Below, in pieces: positions 1 to 8,709 of a stretch of DNA of 53,714 bases. The notes under the pieces are model-generated. The model saw only the letters and a program-made list of their open reading frames with translations, did not search any database and was not told the DNA's origin. Position numbers and translations under genes: made by a program. The number at the start of each line of letters is the position of its first letter. The first letter of the stretch is position 1. The DNA lies in contig CAZNOC010000003.1 of NCBI GenBank assembly GCA_964574545.1, positions 1 to 53,714 of the forward strand. Direction: 5' to 3'. Source of the stretch: an uncultured Bifidobacteriaceae bacterium. GTDB taxonomy: Bacteria > Acidobacteriota > Vicinamibacteria > Vicinamibacterales > UBA2999.

Positions 1-36
1 CACCTCCCACACCCACTCCCGACTAGAATCGGTGTC

Positions 37-999
37 ATGCGTCTTCGCAAACTACACGTGGGCTGTTTCGGGGGCGGGACCGGTCTCCCGAGCCTCATTG
101 GCGGGCTGAAGCGCAATCCCTGGTTGCAGGTCAACGCCGTGGTCACCATGTTCGACAGCGGCGGCAGTTCGGGCCAGCTTCGTGACGAACTCGGCGTGCT
201 GCCTCCCGGCGACGTGCTCCGATGCGCGCTCGCGCTGGCGCGAAATGAAGGCGAGGCGCGCCGGGTCCTGCTCGCGCGTCTGCCGACGCTCGTCGGTCAC
301 GAGCGGCTCGGCGGACACACGGGCGGCAACCTGCTGCTGTCGATGATGGAGCGGTACAGCGGCGACTTCCTGGCCGCCGTAGACGGGCTGCGCGCGCTGC
401 TTGGCTGCCAGGGCCGCGTCTGGCCCGTGAGCGTCGAGGGGGCCTCGGTCTGCGCCGAGTACGCCGACGGCCACGAGACCGCCGGAGAGGTCGAAGTGGA
501 CCTGGGACATCGGCGGGGCCACGAGGTACGGCGGGTATGGCTCGAGCCCACACCCGCGATCCACCCCGCGGTGCGTGACGCCATTGCCGGGTTCGATGCC
601 GTCGTGATCGGTCCCGGAAGCTTCTTCACCAGCCTCATGCCGACGTTGCTCGTAGCCGGCGTTCGTGAGGCGCTGGCCCGCGTGGACGGCCCGATCATCC
701 TCGTGGCCAATCTCCTCACCGAAGGGCGAGGGATGCACGGATTCACCGCGGCAGATGCCGTGCAGTGGGTCGAGCGAACGATCGGCCGCTCCGTGAATGT
801 CGTCCTGGTCAACACGGGGCAACCGGCGGCCGAGGTGCTCTCGAGGTATGCCGCCGAGCACAAGCACCCCCTCGCCCTGGGCCCGTTGCCGCCGGAATGC
901 GAAGTCGTCGAGGGGGAGTTCTGGTCGCACGGCATCGCCCGGCACGACCGCCGCAAGCTGTCGTACGCGGCGTGGGCAGTGCTCAGCCGTCAGCTGTGA
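37..999 (+). CDS. yvcK: YvcK/CofD-family gluconeogenesis factor (UDP-GlcNAc-binding)
   Basis: GGGTG, DSGGSSG..R, PPGD, GHxxGNL and GPGSxFTS motifs. Confidence 0.9.
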   Translation: MRLRKLHVGCFGGGTGLPSLIGGLKRNPWLQVNAVVTMFDSGGSSGQLRDELGVLPPGDVLRCALALARNEGEARRVLLARLPTLVGHERLGGHTGGNLLLSMMERYSGDFLAAVDGLRALLGCQGRVWPVSVEGASVCAEYADGHETAGEVEVDLGHRRGHEVRRVWLEPTPAIHPAVRDAIAGFDAVVIGPGSFFTSLMPTLLVAGVREALARVDGPIILVANLLTEGRGMHGFTAADAVQWVERTIGRSVNVVLVNTGQPAAEVLSRYAAEHKHPLALGPLPPECEVVEGEFWSHGIARHDRRKLSYAAWAVLSRQL

Positions 1000-1012
1000 T
1001 GCACTCCGCGCG

Positions 1013-1765
1013 TCAACCCTGATCCTTCGTGCGGCGTCTGCCCTGGCTCGCCCGGGGTGCGTGCGAGCGCTGACGGCCCTCCGCAGGCGCAGGCGTGTCC
1101 TTCGCTTCGATCACTTGCGCCAGGATCCGCTGGTAGAGACGGCCCGTGTCGCCGGTCTTTGCCGGTGGGTTGCGAGTCCACACGTCGGGCACGCCGCTCC
1201 CGATGATCTCCGCGAAGTCGGCGCCGGGCGTCTTCACGCTGTGCGGCGCGAACTCTGTGATGTCGAGCGGGCCCGACCATTCGTCGCGGTGCTTGATCAG
1301 CAGCCAGCTCGGTTTGCTGCCGCCGCCGTAGCCACGCGTGCGCACGAGCGCCCAGGAGCCCTTCAGCTTGTAGCCCTCGAGCCGGAACTTCAGGTCGCCT
1401 TTCCTGAGCGCGGCGCCGACGTCGGAGACTTCGGGCACCCACGTGCCGTAGTCCCAGAGCATCACGATCCCCGCACCGTACCCTTCAGGAATCACCCCTT
1501 CGAACATGCCGTAGTCCATCGGGTGGTCCTCGGTCTGCATCGCGAGCCGCTTGTCGCTGGTGTCGATCGATGGCCCCTTCGGCACGGCCCACGACAGCAG
1601 GACGCCGTCGTGCTCGAGCCGCAGGTCGTAGTGCAGATGGCTGGCGAGGTGCTTCTGGACGCAGAAGAACAGGTCGCCGTTTCGCTTCCGCCGGGCGGCC
1701 GCGTCACCGGAGGGCTCGGGCGTCTTCGAGAAGTCGCGCTTCCGGCGGTACTCGTCGAGCGGCAT
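1013..1765 (-). CDS. Stand-alone DNA ligase D 3'-phosphoesterase (PE) domain protein
   Basis: YRRKRDFSKTPEP, VQKHxAxxLHYDLRLE, SWAVPKGPS, EDHP, EGYGAG, WLLIK motifs. Confidence 0.9.
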   Translation of the reverse strand: MPLDEYRRKRDFSKTPEPSGDAAARRKRNGDLFFCVQKHLASHLHYDLRLEHDGVLLSWAVPKGPSIDTSDKRLAMQTEDHPMDYGMFEGVIPEGYGAGIVMLWDYGTWVPEVSDVGAALRKGDLKFRLEGYKLKGSWALVRTRGYGGGSKPSWLLIKHRDEWSGPLDITEFAPHSVKTPGADFAEIIGSGVPDVWTRNPPAKTGDTGRLYQRILAQVIEAKDTPAPAEGRQRSHAPRASQGRRRTKDQG

Positions 1766-1768
1766 CGG

Positions 1769-2217
1769 TCAGGCGGCCGTCAGGATCACCGGTCCCCCCC
1801 GGGTAATGACCAGCGTGTGCTCGTGGTGGGCGGCCAGGCTGCCGTCGCTCGTGCGGATCGTCCACCCATCGTCGTCCTCCACGGGATCCGCGGCGCCGGC
1901 GCTGATCATCGGTTCGATCGTCAGGACGAGGCCTTCGGTCAGGATGTCTCGCTGCCAGGGGTCGAACTCGTTGGGCACGGTCGGCGGCTCGTGAATCGTC
2001 CGGCCCACGCCGTGCCCGGCCAGGCGCGGACGACGGAGAAGCCCTGGCGGCGGACGGCGCGGCTCACGGCAACGCGCAGCAGCGCAGCGGCAACCCGGTC
2101 GAGCTCGCCGGTGGTCACCCCGGCGCGGACGTGTGTCTCGACGGCGTCCAGAACGAGGCGGGTGACGCGCCTCACCTCTCGCAGCCCCTTCCAGTCCGCT
2201 GTGGATTCGATCGACAT
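1769..2217 (-). pseudogene. map: Type I methionine aminopeptidase pseudogene (internal deletion plus frameshift)
   Basis: N-terminus MSIES...GVTTGELD in one frame and C-terminus GHGVGRTIHE...TIEPM...AHHEHT in another; frameshift near 2025; about 100 central codons missing. Confidence 0.85.
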
Positions 2218-2320
2218 CGCTCGGCCGCCTCCTCCGCCCTGGAACGACGCGGACTGCGACCGGCGTACGCGCTCGCATCCGTGCACCCCGGGCGACCCAT
2301 TCGATGATATACAGTCTGCC

Positions 2321-3745
2321 ATGTTCCTGACCGCCGTCCTCATCTACCTTGGGATTCTCGTGGTCTTCAGTCTGTGGCAGGCACGTGCCACGAGAACGGG
2401 AGACGACTTCCTGGTGGCGGGACGGAGCCTCCCGGCGCGGGTGCTCGTCTTCACGCTGCTGGCCACCTGGATCGGATCGGGAAGCCTGTTCGGCGGCGCC
2501 GGCCTGGGGTACCGGGCGGGCTTCGCAGCGCTGTGGCAGCCGGCCGGCGCGTGGGCGGGCATCCTGCTCATCTACTTCCTGGCGCCGCGGGTCCGCCGCA
2601 TCGCGAAGTACACCCTCCCCGACATTCTGCACCTTCGCTACGGCAGCGCGGCTCGCGTGCTTGGCACCTTCACGATCGTCATCGCCTACACGACCATCGC
2701 GGCCTACCAGTTCCGCGGCGGGGGCCGGCTCCTGGAACTGGTCGCCGGAATCGACGTCACCCAGGGCGCGCTCATCACGATGCTGTTCTGCGTGGCTTTC
2801 ACGGCGCTGGCCGGGATGATGTCGGTGGCGTATCTGGATGTCGGCAACGGCGTGATGATGCTCGTGGGCGTCGGCGCCGCGGTCGTCTTCCTGGTCCTGA
2901 ATGCCGGCGGCCCGGTGCCGGCGCTCGACGCGCTGCGGCCCGACCAGGTCGCCGTCTTCGGCACGCTCCACCCATGGCAGGATGCCGGGGCGATCTTCCT
3001 CCCCACCATGCTGCTGCTGATGGGGGAGGCGAACATGTACCAGAAGCTGTTCTCCGCCAGGGATGAAGGCGCGGCGAAGCGCGCCGTCGCCGGCTGGATC
3101 CTCGTCACGATCGTCGTCGAGACGCTCATCATCTCGGTGGGCGTCTTCGGAAGCACGCTCTTCCCGAACCTGACGGCAGGCGAGTCCGAGGCCATCGTCC
3201 TGCGGGTCGCGGTGTCAGGGCTGCCGACCGTGCTCGGGTTGATGCTCGTCTGCGGCGCGGCCGCCATCATCGTCTCCACGGCCAACAGCTTCCTGCTGGC
3301 GCCGGCGAGCGCGCTGATGCGGGACGTCTACCTTCCGTTTGTCAACCCGGATGCGACGGACAAACAGGTCCTGTTCGCGACACGCGCGATGGTGGTCGTG
3401 CTCGGCGTCACCGGTTTCCTGGCGCTTGGCTTCTTCAGCACGATTCTCGAGATGGCGCTCTGGGCCTACACGATGATCGGCGCCGGCATCACACCGGCCC
3501 TGCTCGCCGCCTTCCTGTGGCCCCGCGTGACGCGCTTCGGCGGCGTGGCGTCCATCATGGTCGGCATGGGCACCACGCTCGCGTGGGAGATTCTGGCGCG
3601 CCTGCGTGGCGGGGAAGGGGAGGCCTTGTATCTCTGGGGAGTGCCCACGATCTACCCCGCACTCGCGCTGGCCGTGGTGACGCTGGTCGTGGTCAGCCTG
3701 ATGTCACCCCCTCCGAGCGAGGCGGATAGGACAGCAATCAAGTAG
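2321..3745 (+). CDS. Sodium:solute symporter (SSS) family protein
   Basis: DFLVAGRSL, ATWIGSGS, many TM helices, AAIIVSTANS; true start inferred at ATG 2321 inside the long ORF 797..3745. Confidence 0.9.
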   Translation: MFLTAVLIYLGILVVFSLWQARATRTGDDFLVAGRSLPARVLVFTLLATWIGSGSLFGGAGLGYRAGFAALWQPAGAWAGILLIYFLAPRVRRIAKYTLPDILHLRYGSAARVLGTFTIVIAYTTIAAYQFRGGGRLLELVAGIDVTQGALITMLFCVAFTALAGMMSVAYLDVGNGVMMLVGVGAAVVFLVLNAGGPVPALDALRPDQVAVFGTLHPWQDAGAIFLPTMLLLMGEANMYQKLFSARDEGAAKRAVAGWILVTIVVETLIISVGVFGSTLFPNLTAGESEAIVLRVAVSGLPTVLGLMLVCGAAAIIVSTANSFLLAPASALMRDVYLPFVNPDATDKQVLFATRAMVVVLGVTGFLALGFFSTILEMALWAYTMIGAGITPALLAAFLWPRVTRFGGVASIMVGMGTTLAWEILARLRGGEGEALYLWGVPTIYPALALAVVTLVVVSLMSPPPSEADRTAIK

Positions 3746-3750
3746 TGCTC

Positions 3751-3830
3751 GGGTCCGACGGATCGGACGGGTCCGACGGGTCCGATGGGTTCGACGGCTT
3801 CGGCAGGTCCGAGGGGCGCCGAGGTCCGGC
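3751..3830. repeat. Degenerate 9-bp tandem repeat (GGGTCCGAC), about 8 units
   Basis: gggtccgac ggatcggac gggtccgac gggtccgat gggttcgac ggcttcggc aggtccgag. Confidence 0.8.
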
Positions 3831-3866
3831 ACGCGTGTCAGACCCGTCCTGCGCTAGCATGTCACT

Positions 3867-4670
3867 ATGCGTTCCTGTCTTCGTGCCGTCGCGGTGGCCT
3901 GCGCCATTCTGACTCCCGGCTCCGTGTCACCCCAGAATCCGGACTTGCCCGTTGAGATTCTGTATCGCGCGGTCGATTCAGGTGGGGACACGCTGACGTA
4001 CACCATGGCGGTGCCCCGCCTGCCGCCACCACGCAGCGGGTACCCGATGGTGTTGGCCCTGCACTACTCGATGGGACCGTCCGGCGCGCCGACCTACTTC
4101 GGTCTTGGCTTTGCCGGTCAGCTGATCCTGCCGGCGTTGCTCGACCTGAATGCGGTGGTCGTCATCCCGGACGCCCCGGCCGGCACCTGGGCGAGCGCGC
4201 GTAGCGAACGCCTTGTGCTGGCGATGCTCGACGAGGTGCAGAAGGACTTCAGCATCGACGCGAGACGCACTCTCGTCACCGGGTTCAGCATGGGCGGAAA
4301 CGGCGCGTGGTACTTCGCCGCGAAGCATTCGGAGCGGTTTCGAGCCGCGGTGCCGATTTCGTCCGCACCGCTCGTGCAGGTCGTCGAGACGCAGAAGGAC
4401 GAGTGGGCCTCCGTGGAGCAGGCGCTCGGAGACCCAGAGGCGGCGTGGGCATCGCAGTTTGGCGCCGTGCCGCTCTATGTGATCCACAGCCAGGGTGACG
4501 AACTGCTGCCGTTCGACCAGGTCGAGCGCGCGGTGGACGCGCTGAAGGCGCGGGGCGTCTCGGTGACCCTGGCGCCGGTGGACGGCATCCCGCATCATCA
4601 ACTGCCGTCGTATGTGGAGCCGCTGCGCGACGCCATCCCCTGGATCCGGGAGGCCTGGGCCCGGAAGTAG
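3867..4670 (+). CDS. Secreted alpha/beta hydrolase (esterase/peptidase-like)
   Basis: Signal peptide; GFSMGG nucleophile elbow; HSQGD Asp and C-terminal His. Confidence 0.8.
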   Translation: MRSCLRAVAVACAILTPGSVSPQNPDLPVEILYRAVDSGGDTLTYTMAVPRLPPPRSGYPMVLALHYSMGPSGAPTYFGLGFAGQLILPALLDLNAVVVIPDAPAGTWASARSERLVLAMLDEVQKDFSIDARRTLVTGFSMGGNGAWYFAAKHSERFRAAVPISSAPLVQVVETQKDEWASVEQALGDPEAAWASQFGAVPLYVIHSQGDELLPFDQVERAVDALKARGVSVTLAPVDGIPHHQLPSYVEPLRDAIPWIREAWARK

Positions 4671-4728
4671 GCGTCGCGCGATTCGACGCGTCGATGGCCG
4701 AACGCCGAGAGCCGACAGCCAGAGTCCC

Positions 4729-6171
4729 ATGTCCGTCCTTCTGCTCTCCACCTACGATCTCGGCCGCCAGCCATTCGGGTTGGCCTCGCCCACCGCGTGG
4801 CTGCGCCGTGCCGGCGTCGAGACGCACGCCGTCGATCTGTCGCGTCACCGCCTCGACCCCGATCGGCTGGCGCGCGCCGCGCTGGTGGCGGTGTACCTCC
4901 CGATGCACACGGCCACCCGCCTGGCGCTTCCCGTCCTCGACGCCGTGCGCGCGCAGGCCTCCCACGCCCATCTTGCCGCCTATGGCCTTTATGCCCCGCT
5001 CAACGAACGGCTATTGAGGGATCACGGTGTCGAGACCATCCTTGGGCCCGAGTTCGAGGCCGATCTGGTCGCCCTGGCTCAGCGCACGCTGGAGACTGCC
5101 GGCCGGCGAGGCGCCTCCGGCCGCCGCGTGACGCCTGACGCCCCGGCCCCGTTCCACACCGCGAACCCTCGTCCCCGCCTGCCGCGCCTGTCCTTCATCA
5201 CCCCGGACCGCACAGGTTTGCCGTCGCTGTCGGAGTACGCGACGCTGCGCTGGCCCGATGGATCGTCGCGGCTCGTGGGCAGCACGGAGGCGACCCGCGG
5301 TTGCCGGCACTCGTGCCGCCACTGCCCGATCGTTCCGGTGTACGGCGGCCAGTTCCGCGCCGTGCCGGTGGACGTCGTACTGGAAGACATCGCGCAGCAG
5401 GTGGCGGACGGCGCCGGTCACATCACGTTTGCCGACCCCGACTTCCTCAACGGGCCCGCGCACGCGCGGCGCATCGTCGAAGGGCTGCACGCCCGCTGGC
5501 CGTCGCTCACCTACGACGCCACCATCAAGGTGGAACACCTGCGGCGCCATGCGGCCGTCCTGCCGGCGCTTCGGGACACGGGCTGCGCCTTCGTGACGAG
5601 CGCTGTCGAGTCGGTAGACGACCGGGTGCTCGAGCACCTCGACAAGGGGCACACTCGAGCCGATGTGATCTGGGTCTCGGAGGAACTTCGGCGCGTCGGG
5701 TTGCCGCTCGCGCCGACCTTCGTCGCGTTCACGCCGTGGACCACGCTGGAGAGCTACCTCGATCTGCTGGACACCATGGCGGCGCTCGACCTGGTCGAAC
5801 ACGTGGCACCCGTCCAGTGGACGCTGCGCCTGCTCGTCACGTGGCAGTCTCGCCTGCTCGAACTCGACAGCGTACGCGCGGTGACGCGCGCGTTCGATGC
5901 GCAGACCCTGACGTACCCGTGGCGCCATCCAGACCCGCGCGTCGATGCCCTGCAGCGGGACGTGATGACGCTCGTGGGCGTCCGCGCGAGCCGCGCGCGT
6001 CACGAGGTGTACGCGGAGATTCGCGCGCGTGCCTGCGAGGCGGTGGAAGGCCGGCGGGGGAGCCGGCTTCCCACGCGGCCGCCGCTCGTCGCGCGTGCCG
6101 CCATTCCGTACCTGAACGAACCCTGGTACTGTTGAGCGGAGCCCACTGGAGAGCAGGTGGCTCTCCTCTGA
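4729..6171 (+). CDS. CUAEP-tail radical SAM selenoprotein (Sec at TGA 6133-6135)
   Basis: CRHSCRHC 4Fe-4S motif; in-frame TGT TGA GCG GAG CCC reads C-U-A-E-P, then TGEQVALL and a stop at 6169-6171; hairpin directly after the UGA. Confidence 0.88.
6138..6164 (+). promoter_or_regulatory. Putative bacterial SECIS element
   Basis: GAG-c-CCA-CTG[GAGAG]CAG-g-TGG-CTC stem-loop directly 3' of the in-frame UGA, with a G-starting apical loop. Confidence 0.65.
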
Positions 6172-6176
6172 CGCGG

Positions 6177-6253
6177 TTCGCGATTCGCGATTCGCGATTC
6201 GTTGTTCGCAATTCGCGATTCGCTATTCGCAGGTCGCGATTCGCGATTCGCAG
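6177..6253. repeat. Heptamer tandem repeat (TTCGCGA) x11
   Basis: 11 consecutive degenerate units, with palindromic core TCGCGA in the intact ones. Confidence 0.9.
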
Positions 6254-6288
6254 CCAGGCGCCAGTCGCTGTTTCCCTTAGTGCCCTTC

Positions 6289-7554
6289 GTGAAGCGCATC
6301 CTTCTGCTGGCGACGACAACGGGGTATCAGACCCGGATGTTCGGGGAGGCCGCCGCGCGGATCGGCGTCGAACTGCAGTTCGCCACCGACCGGTGCGACC
6401 AGCTCGAAAATCCCTGGCGCGATGGGGCGATTGCCATTCGCTTCGCGGCGGAGGAGGACTCCGTCCAGGCGATCGTCAAGGCCGCCCGGGATCGGCCGTT
6501 CGACGGGATGCTGACGGTCGGCGATGGCCCCGTCGTGATTGCCGCGCGCGTCGCCGCGGCCCTCGGGATGCCAGGCCACCCACCGGAGGCTGCCGCCGCC
6601 AGCCGCGACAAGCAGCGGTTCCGAGCGCGCCTGAGCGCGGCGAAGCTGTCCGTGCCCTGGTTCACGACCGTGACGGCCGACACAGATCCCGCCACGCTGC
6701 GCGACCGCGTGCCGTTCCCCTGTGTCGTCAAACCCGTCGCGCTTTCGGGCAGCCGCGGCGTCATCAGGGCGAACGATGGACGGGAGTTCGTCGAGGCGTA
6801 CGAGCGGCTGCGGCGCCTGCTGGAGTCGCCGGAGGTGCGGGCCTCGCGTGATGCCGCGACCCGGCTGATTCACGTGGAAGGCTACATCGACGGAGAGGAG
6901 TTCGCCCTCGAGGGCGTGCTCGATAGCGGCCGCCTGCAGACGTTCGCCCTCTTTGACAAACCCGATCCGCTCGTGGGCCCCTTCTTCGAAGAGACGATCT
7001 ACCTCACCCCTTCGCGCCGGTCCGCCCGGCTGCAGGCCACAATCGGACGCGCGGTCGAGGCGGCGGTGAAGGCCGTCGGGCTGCTCCACGGCCCCGTGCA
7101 CGCGGAATGCCGCGTGGGACAGGAAGGCTGCGTCGTGATCGAAGTCGCGGCCCGGCCGATCGGCGGGCTGTGTGCGCGGGCACTGAGGTTCGACGGGCCC
7201 GCGGGACACGGGATATCGCTCGAGGAGGTGCTGCTCCGCCATGCGATGGGTGAACCCGTGGACGGCTACGTGCGCGAGCCTCAGGCGTCTGGCGTGATGA
7301 TGATCCCCATTCCGCGTGAGGGCGTGTACCGGGGAGTGGAGGGGGTGGAGGAGGCCGAAGCTGTCGCGGGCGTGGACCAGGTCACCATCACCGCACGGCC
7401 CGACCAGCGGCTCGTGCCCCTGCCGGAGGGCGCAAGCTATCTGGGCTTCATCTTTGCTCGCGGCGCGGGACCAGCCGAGGCCGAGCGGTCGTTGCGGCAG
7501 GCGCACCGCGCGCTGCGGTTCGCGATCGATCCCCGCATCCCGTTGCGACAGTGA
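6289..7554 (+). CDS. ATP-grasp domain protein (L-amino-acid ligase-like)
   Basis: DKxxFR, VVKPxxLSGSRGV, VEGYIDGEE, HAE, IEVAARPIGG motifs; GTG start inferred at 6289. Confidence 0.88.
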   Translation: MKRILLLATTTGYQTRMFGEAAARIGVELQFATDRCDQLENPWRDGAIAIRFAAEEDSVQAIVKAARDRPFDGMLTVGDGPVVIAARVAAALGMPGHPPEAAAASRDKQRFRARLSAAKLSVPWFTTVTADTDPATLRDRVPFPCVVKPVALSGSRGVIRANDGREFVEAYERLRRLLESPEVRASRDAATRLIHVEGYIDGEEFALEGVLDSGRLQTFALFDKPDPLVGPFFEETIYLTPSRRSARLQATIGRAVEAAVKAVGLLHGPVHAECRVGQEGCVVIEVAARPIGGLCARALRFDGPAGHGISLEEVLLRHAMGEPVDGYVREPQASGVMMIPIPREGVYRGVEGVEEAEAVAGVDQVTITARPDQRLVPLPEGASYLGFIFARGAGPAEAERSLRQAHRALRFAIDPRIPLRQ

Positions 7555-7585
7555 CCTTGTCGCTGATGCGCCGCTCCGGCCGAGC

Positions 7586-7915
7586 CTACTTGGCCTGCTG
7601 CGGGACGTAGCCCGGCGGCAGCGCCGCTCCCTCCCCGAAGAAGAACTCCTCGAGGTGCTTCAGGATGAGCTCCTGACCTTCCTTCTGCCACGGCATCAGG
7701 CGGTATTCATTCAGGATCATCTTCTGGCGCTCTTCCCACAGCTTCCAGGCGTCCGCCGAGACGTGATCGTAGATGCGCTGACCGATCTCCCCGGGCCACG
7801 GCGCCATGTCGAGACCCGGGAGCTGCTTCTGCAACTTCACGCAGAAGACCGTGCGCCCGCTCGTACCGCCGGCCGGCTCGCCCTGGCCCGACGGGGGGCC
7901 GCCACTCATGCTCAT
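7586..7915 (-). CDS. yggX: Fe(II)-trafficking / oxidative damage protection protein YggX
   Basis: RTVFCVKL...GL...PGEIGQRIY..VS..AW..W...Q.M.LNEYRL...GYVP; GGAGG RBS and TACAAT upstream. Confidence 0.92.
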   Translation of the reverse strand: MSMSGGPPSGQGEPAGGTSGRTVFCVKLQKQLPGLDMAPWPGEIGQRIYDHVSADAWKLWEERQKMILNEYRLMPWQKEGQELILKHLEEFFFGEGAALPPGYVPQQAK

Positions 7916-8009
7916 GCCATCGCCTCCAGCCACAGATTGTACTCCCTGCCAGACCGCCAACGAGGCGGGCGGCTGGTATCATGAAGCGTCACCTTCGCCA
8001 CTAAGCACC

Positions 8010-8228
8010 GTGGAACCCGAAGACCGCCATCGCCTCTGCTGGTACAGCCGCCGCACGCCGGAGATCCCCGAGGACCTGGGTCTCCAGACGATCGTTGACG
8101 GCCACCTGCTGTACTGCGCCCACCCCATGTGGTTCCCCGTCGTGGGCTACCAGTTCGAAGTCTCCAACTGCGCAGACTGCGATTACTTCCGGGCGACGAA
8201 GTCCAGTCGCGGCTCGTCGCTCGAATAG
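8010..8228 (+). CDS. Small Cys-rich hypothetical protein (72 aa)
   Basis: GC3-biased codons; C-x25-C-x17-CxxC pattern; GTG start inferred. Confidence 0.55.
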   Translation: MEPEDRHRLCWYSRRTPEIPEDLGLQTIVDGHLLYCAHPMWFPVVGYQFEVSNCADCDYFRATKSSRGSSLE

Positions 8229-8365
8229 CGCGCGCCCGTCGGAGCGGCGCCTCACGACCTGACTGAACCTTTGTATTGGTTCTTGTCGGGCTGGGAGCTC
8301 TACTGTAGTGATTTCATTCACCGCCCGTTAGATACGGGCTGATGACCTAAGTATAAGTCATTTAT

Positions 8366-8378
8366 TTTCAATATTTTA
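8366..8378 (+). promoter_or_regulatory. Putative IHF-binding site
   Basis: TTTCAATATTTTA versus consensus WATCAANNNNTTR, in an AT-rich patch upstream of a sigma-54 promoter. Confidence 0.55.
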
Positions 8379-8402
8379 ACTGAGTGGCAGATCCAGCTCA
8401 GG

Positions 8403-8418
8403 TGGCACGCGCCTTGCG
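8403..8418 (+). promoter_or_regulatory. Sigma-54 (-24/-12) promoter
   Basis: TGGCACG-CGCC-TTGC with exact GG-N10-GC spacing, about 30 bp upstream of the KGG gene. Confidence 0.8.
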
Positions 8419-8448
8419 ATTGAACCCAGGCATAAGGAGGCAAGAATC

Positions 8449-8709
8449 ATGACCGAGCACCGCAAGGAGCGCCGTGGGTTTGCGTCGATGTCGGCCGAGA
8501 AGCAGCGCGAGATCGCCAGCAAGGGTGGACGCGCCGCGCATGCCAAGGGCACGGCACACGAGTGGAGTTCTGATGAGGCTCGTGCCGCCGGACGCAAGGG
8601 CGGAATGATGAGCCGCGGCGGACGCGGGAAGCTTCCCGAGGGCACCTCCGACGAGGCAGCCACTTCCACCCCGAACCCGCCCATTCCCACCAACGAGGGG
8701 AGCGTCTAG
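8449..8709 (+). CDS. KGG-domain general stress protein (YciG/Con-10 family)
   Basis: RGFASM..EKQREIASKGG...AHEW..DEARAAGRKGG; AAGGAGG RBS. Confidence 0.92.
   Translation: MTEHRKERRGFASMSAEKQREIASKGGRAAHAKGTAHEWSSDEARAAGRKGGMMSRGGRGKLPEGTSDEAATSTPNPPIPTNEGSV

Noticed and set aside
797-2320. 982-aa ORF suggesting a giant N-terminally extended symporter
   Set aside because: The upstream part is the antisense shadow of the ligD-PE gene and the map pseudogene; the symporter starts at 2321
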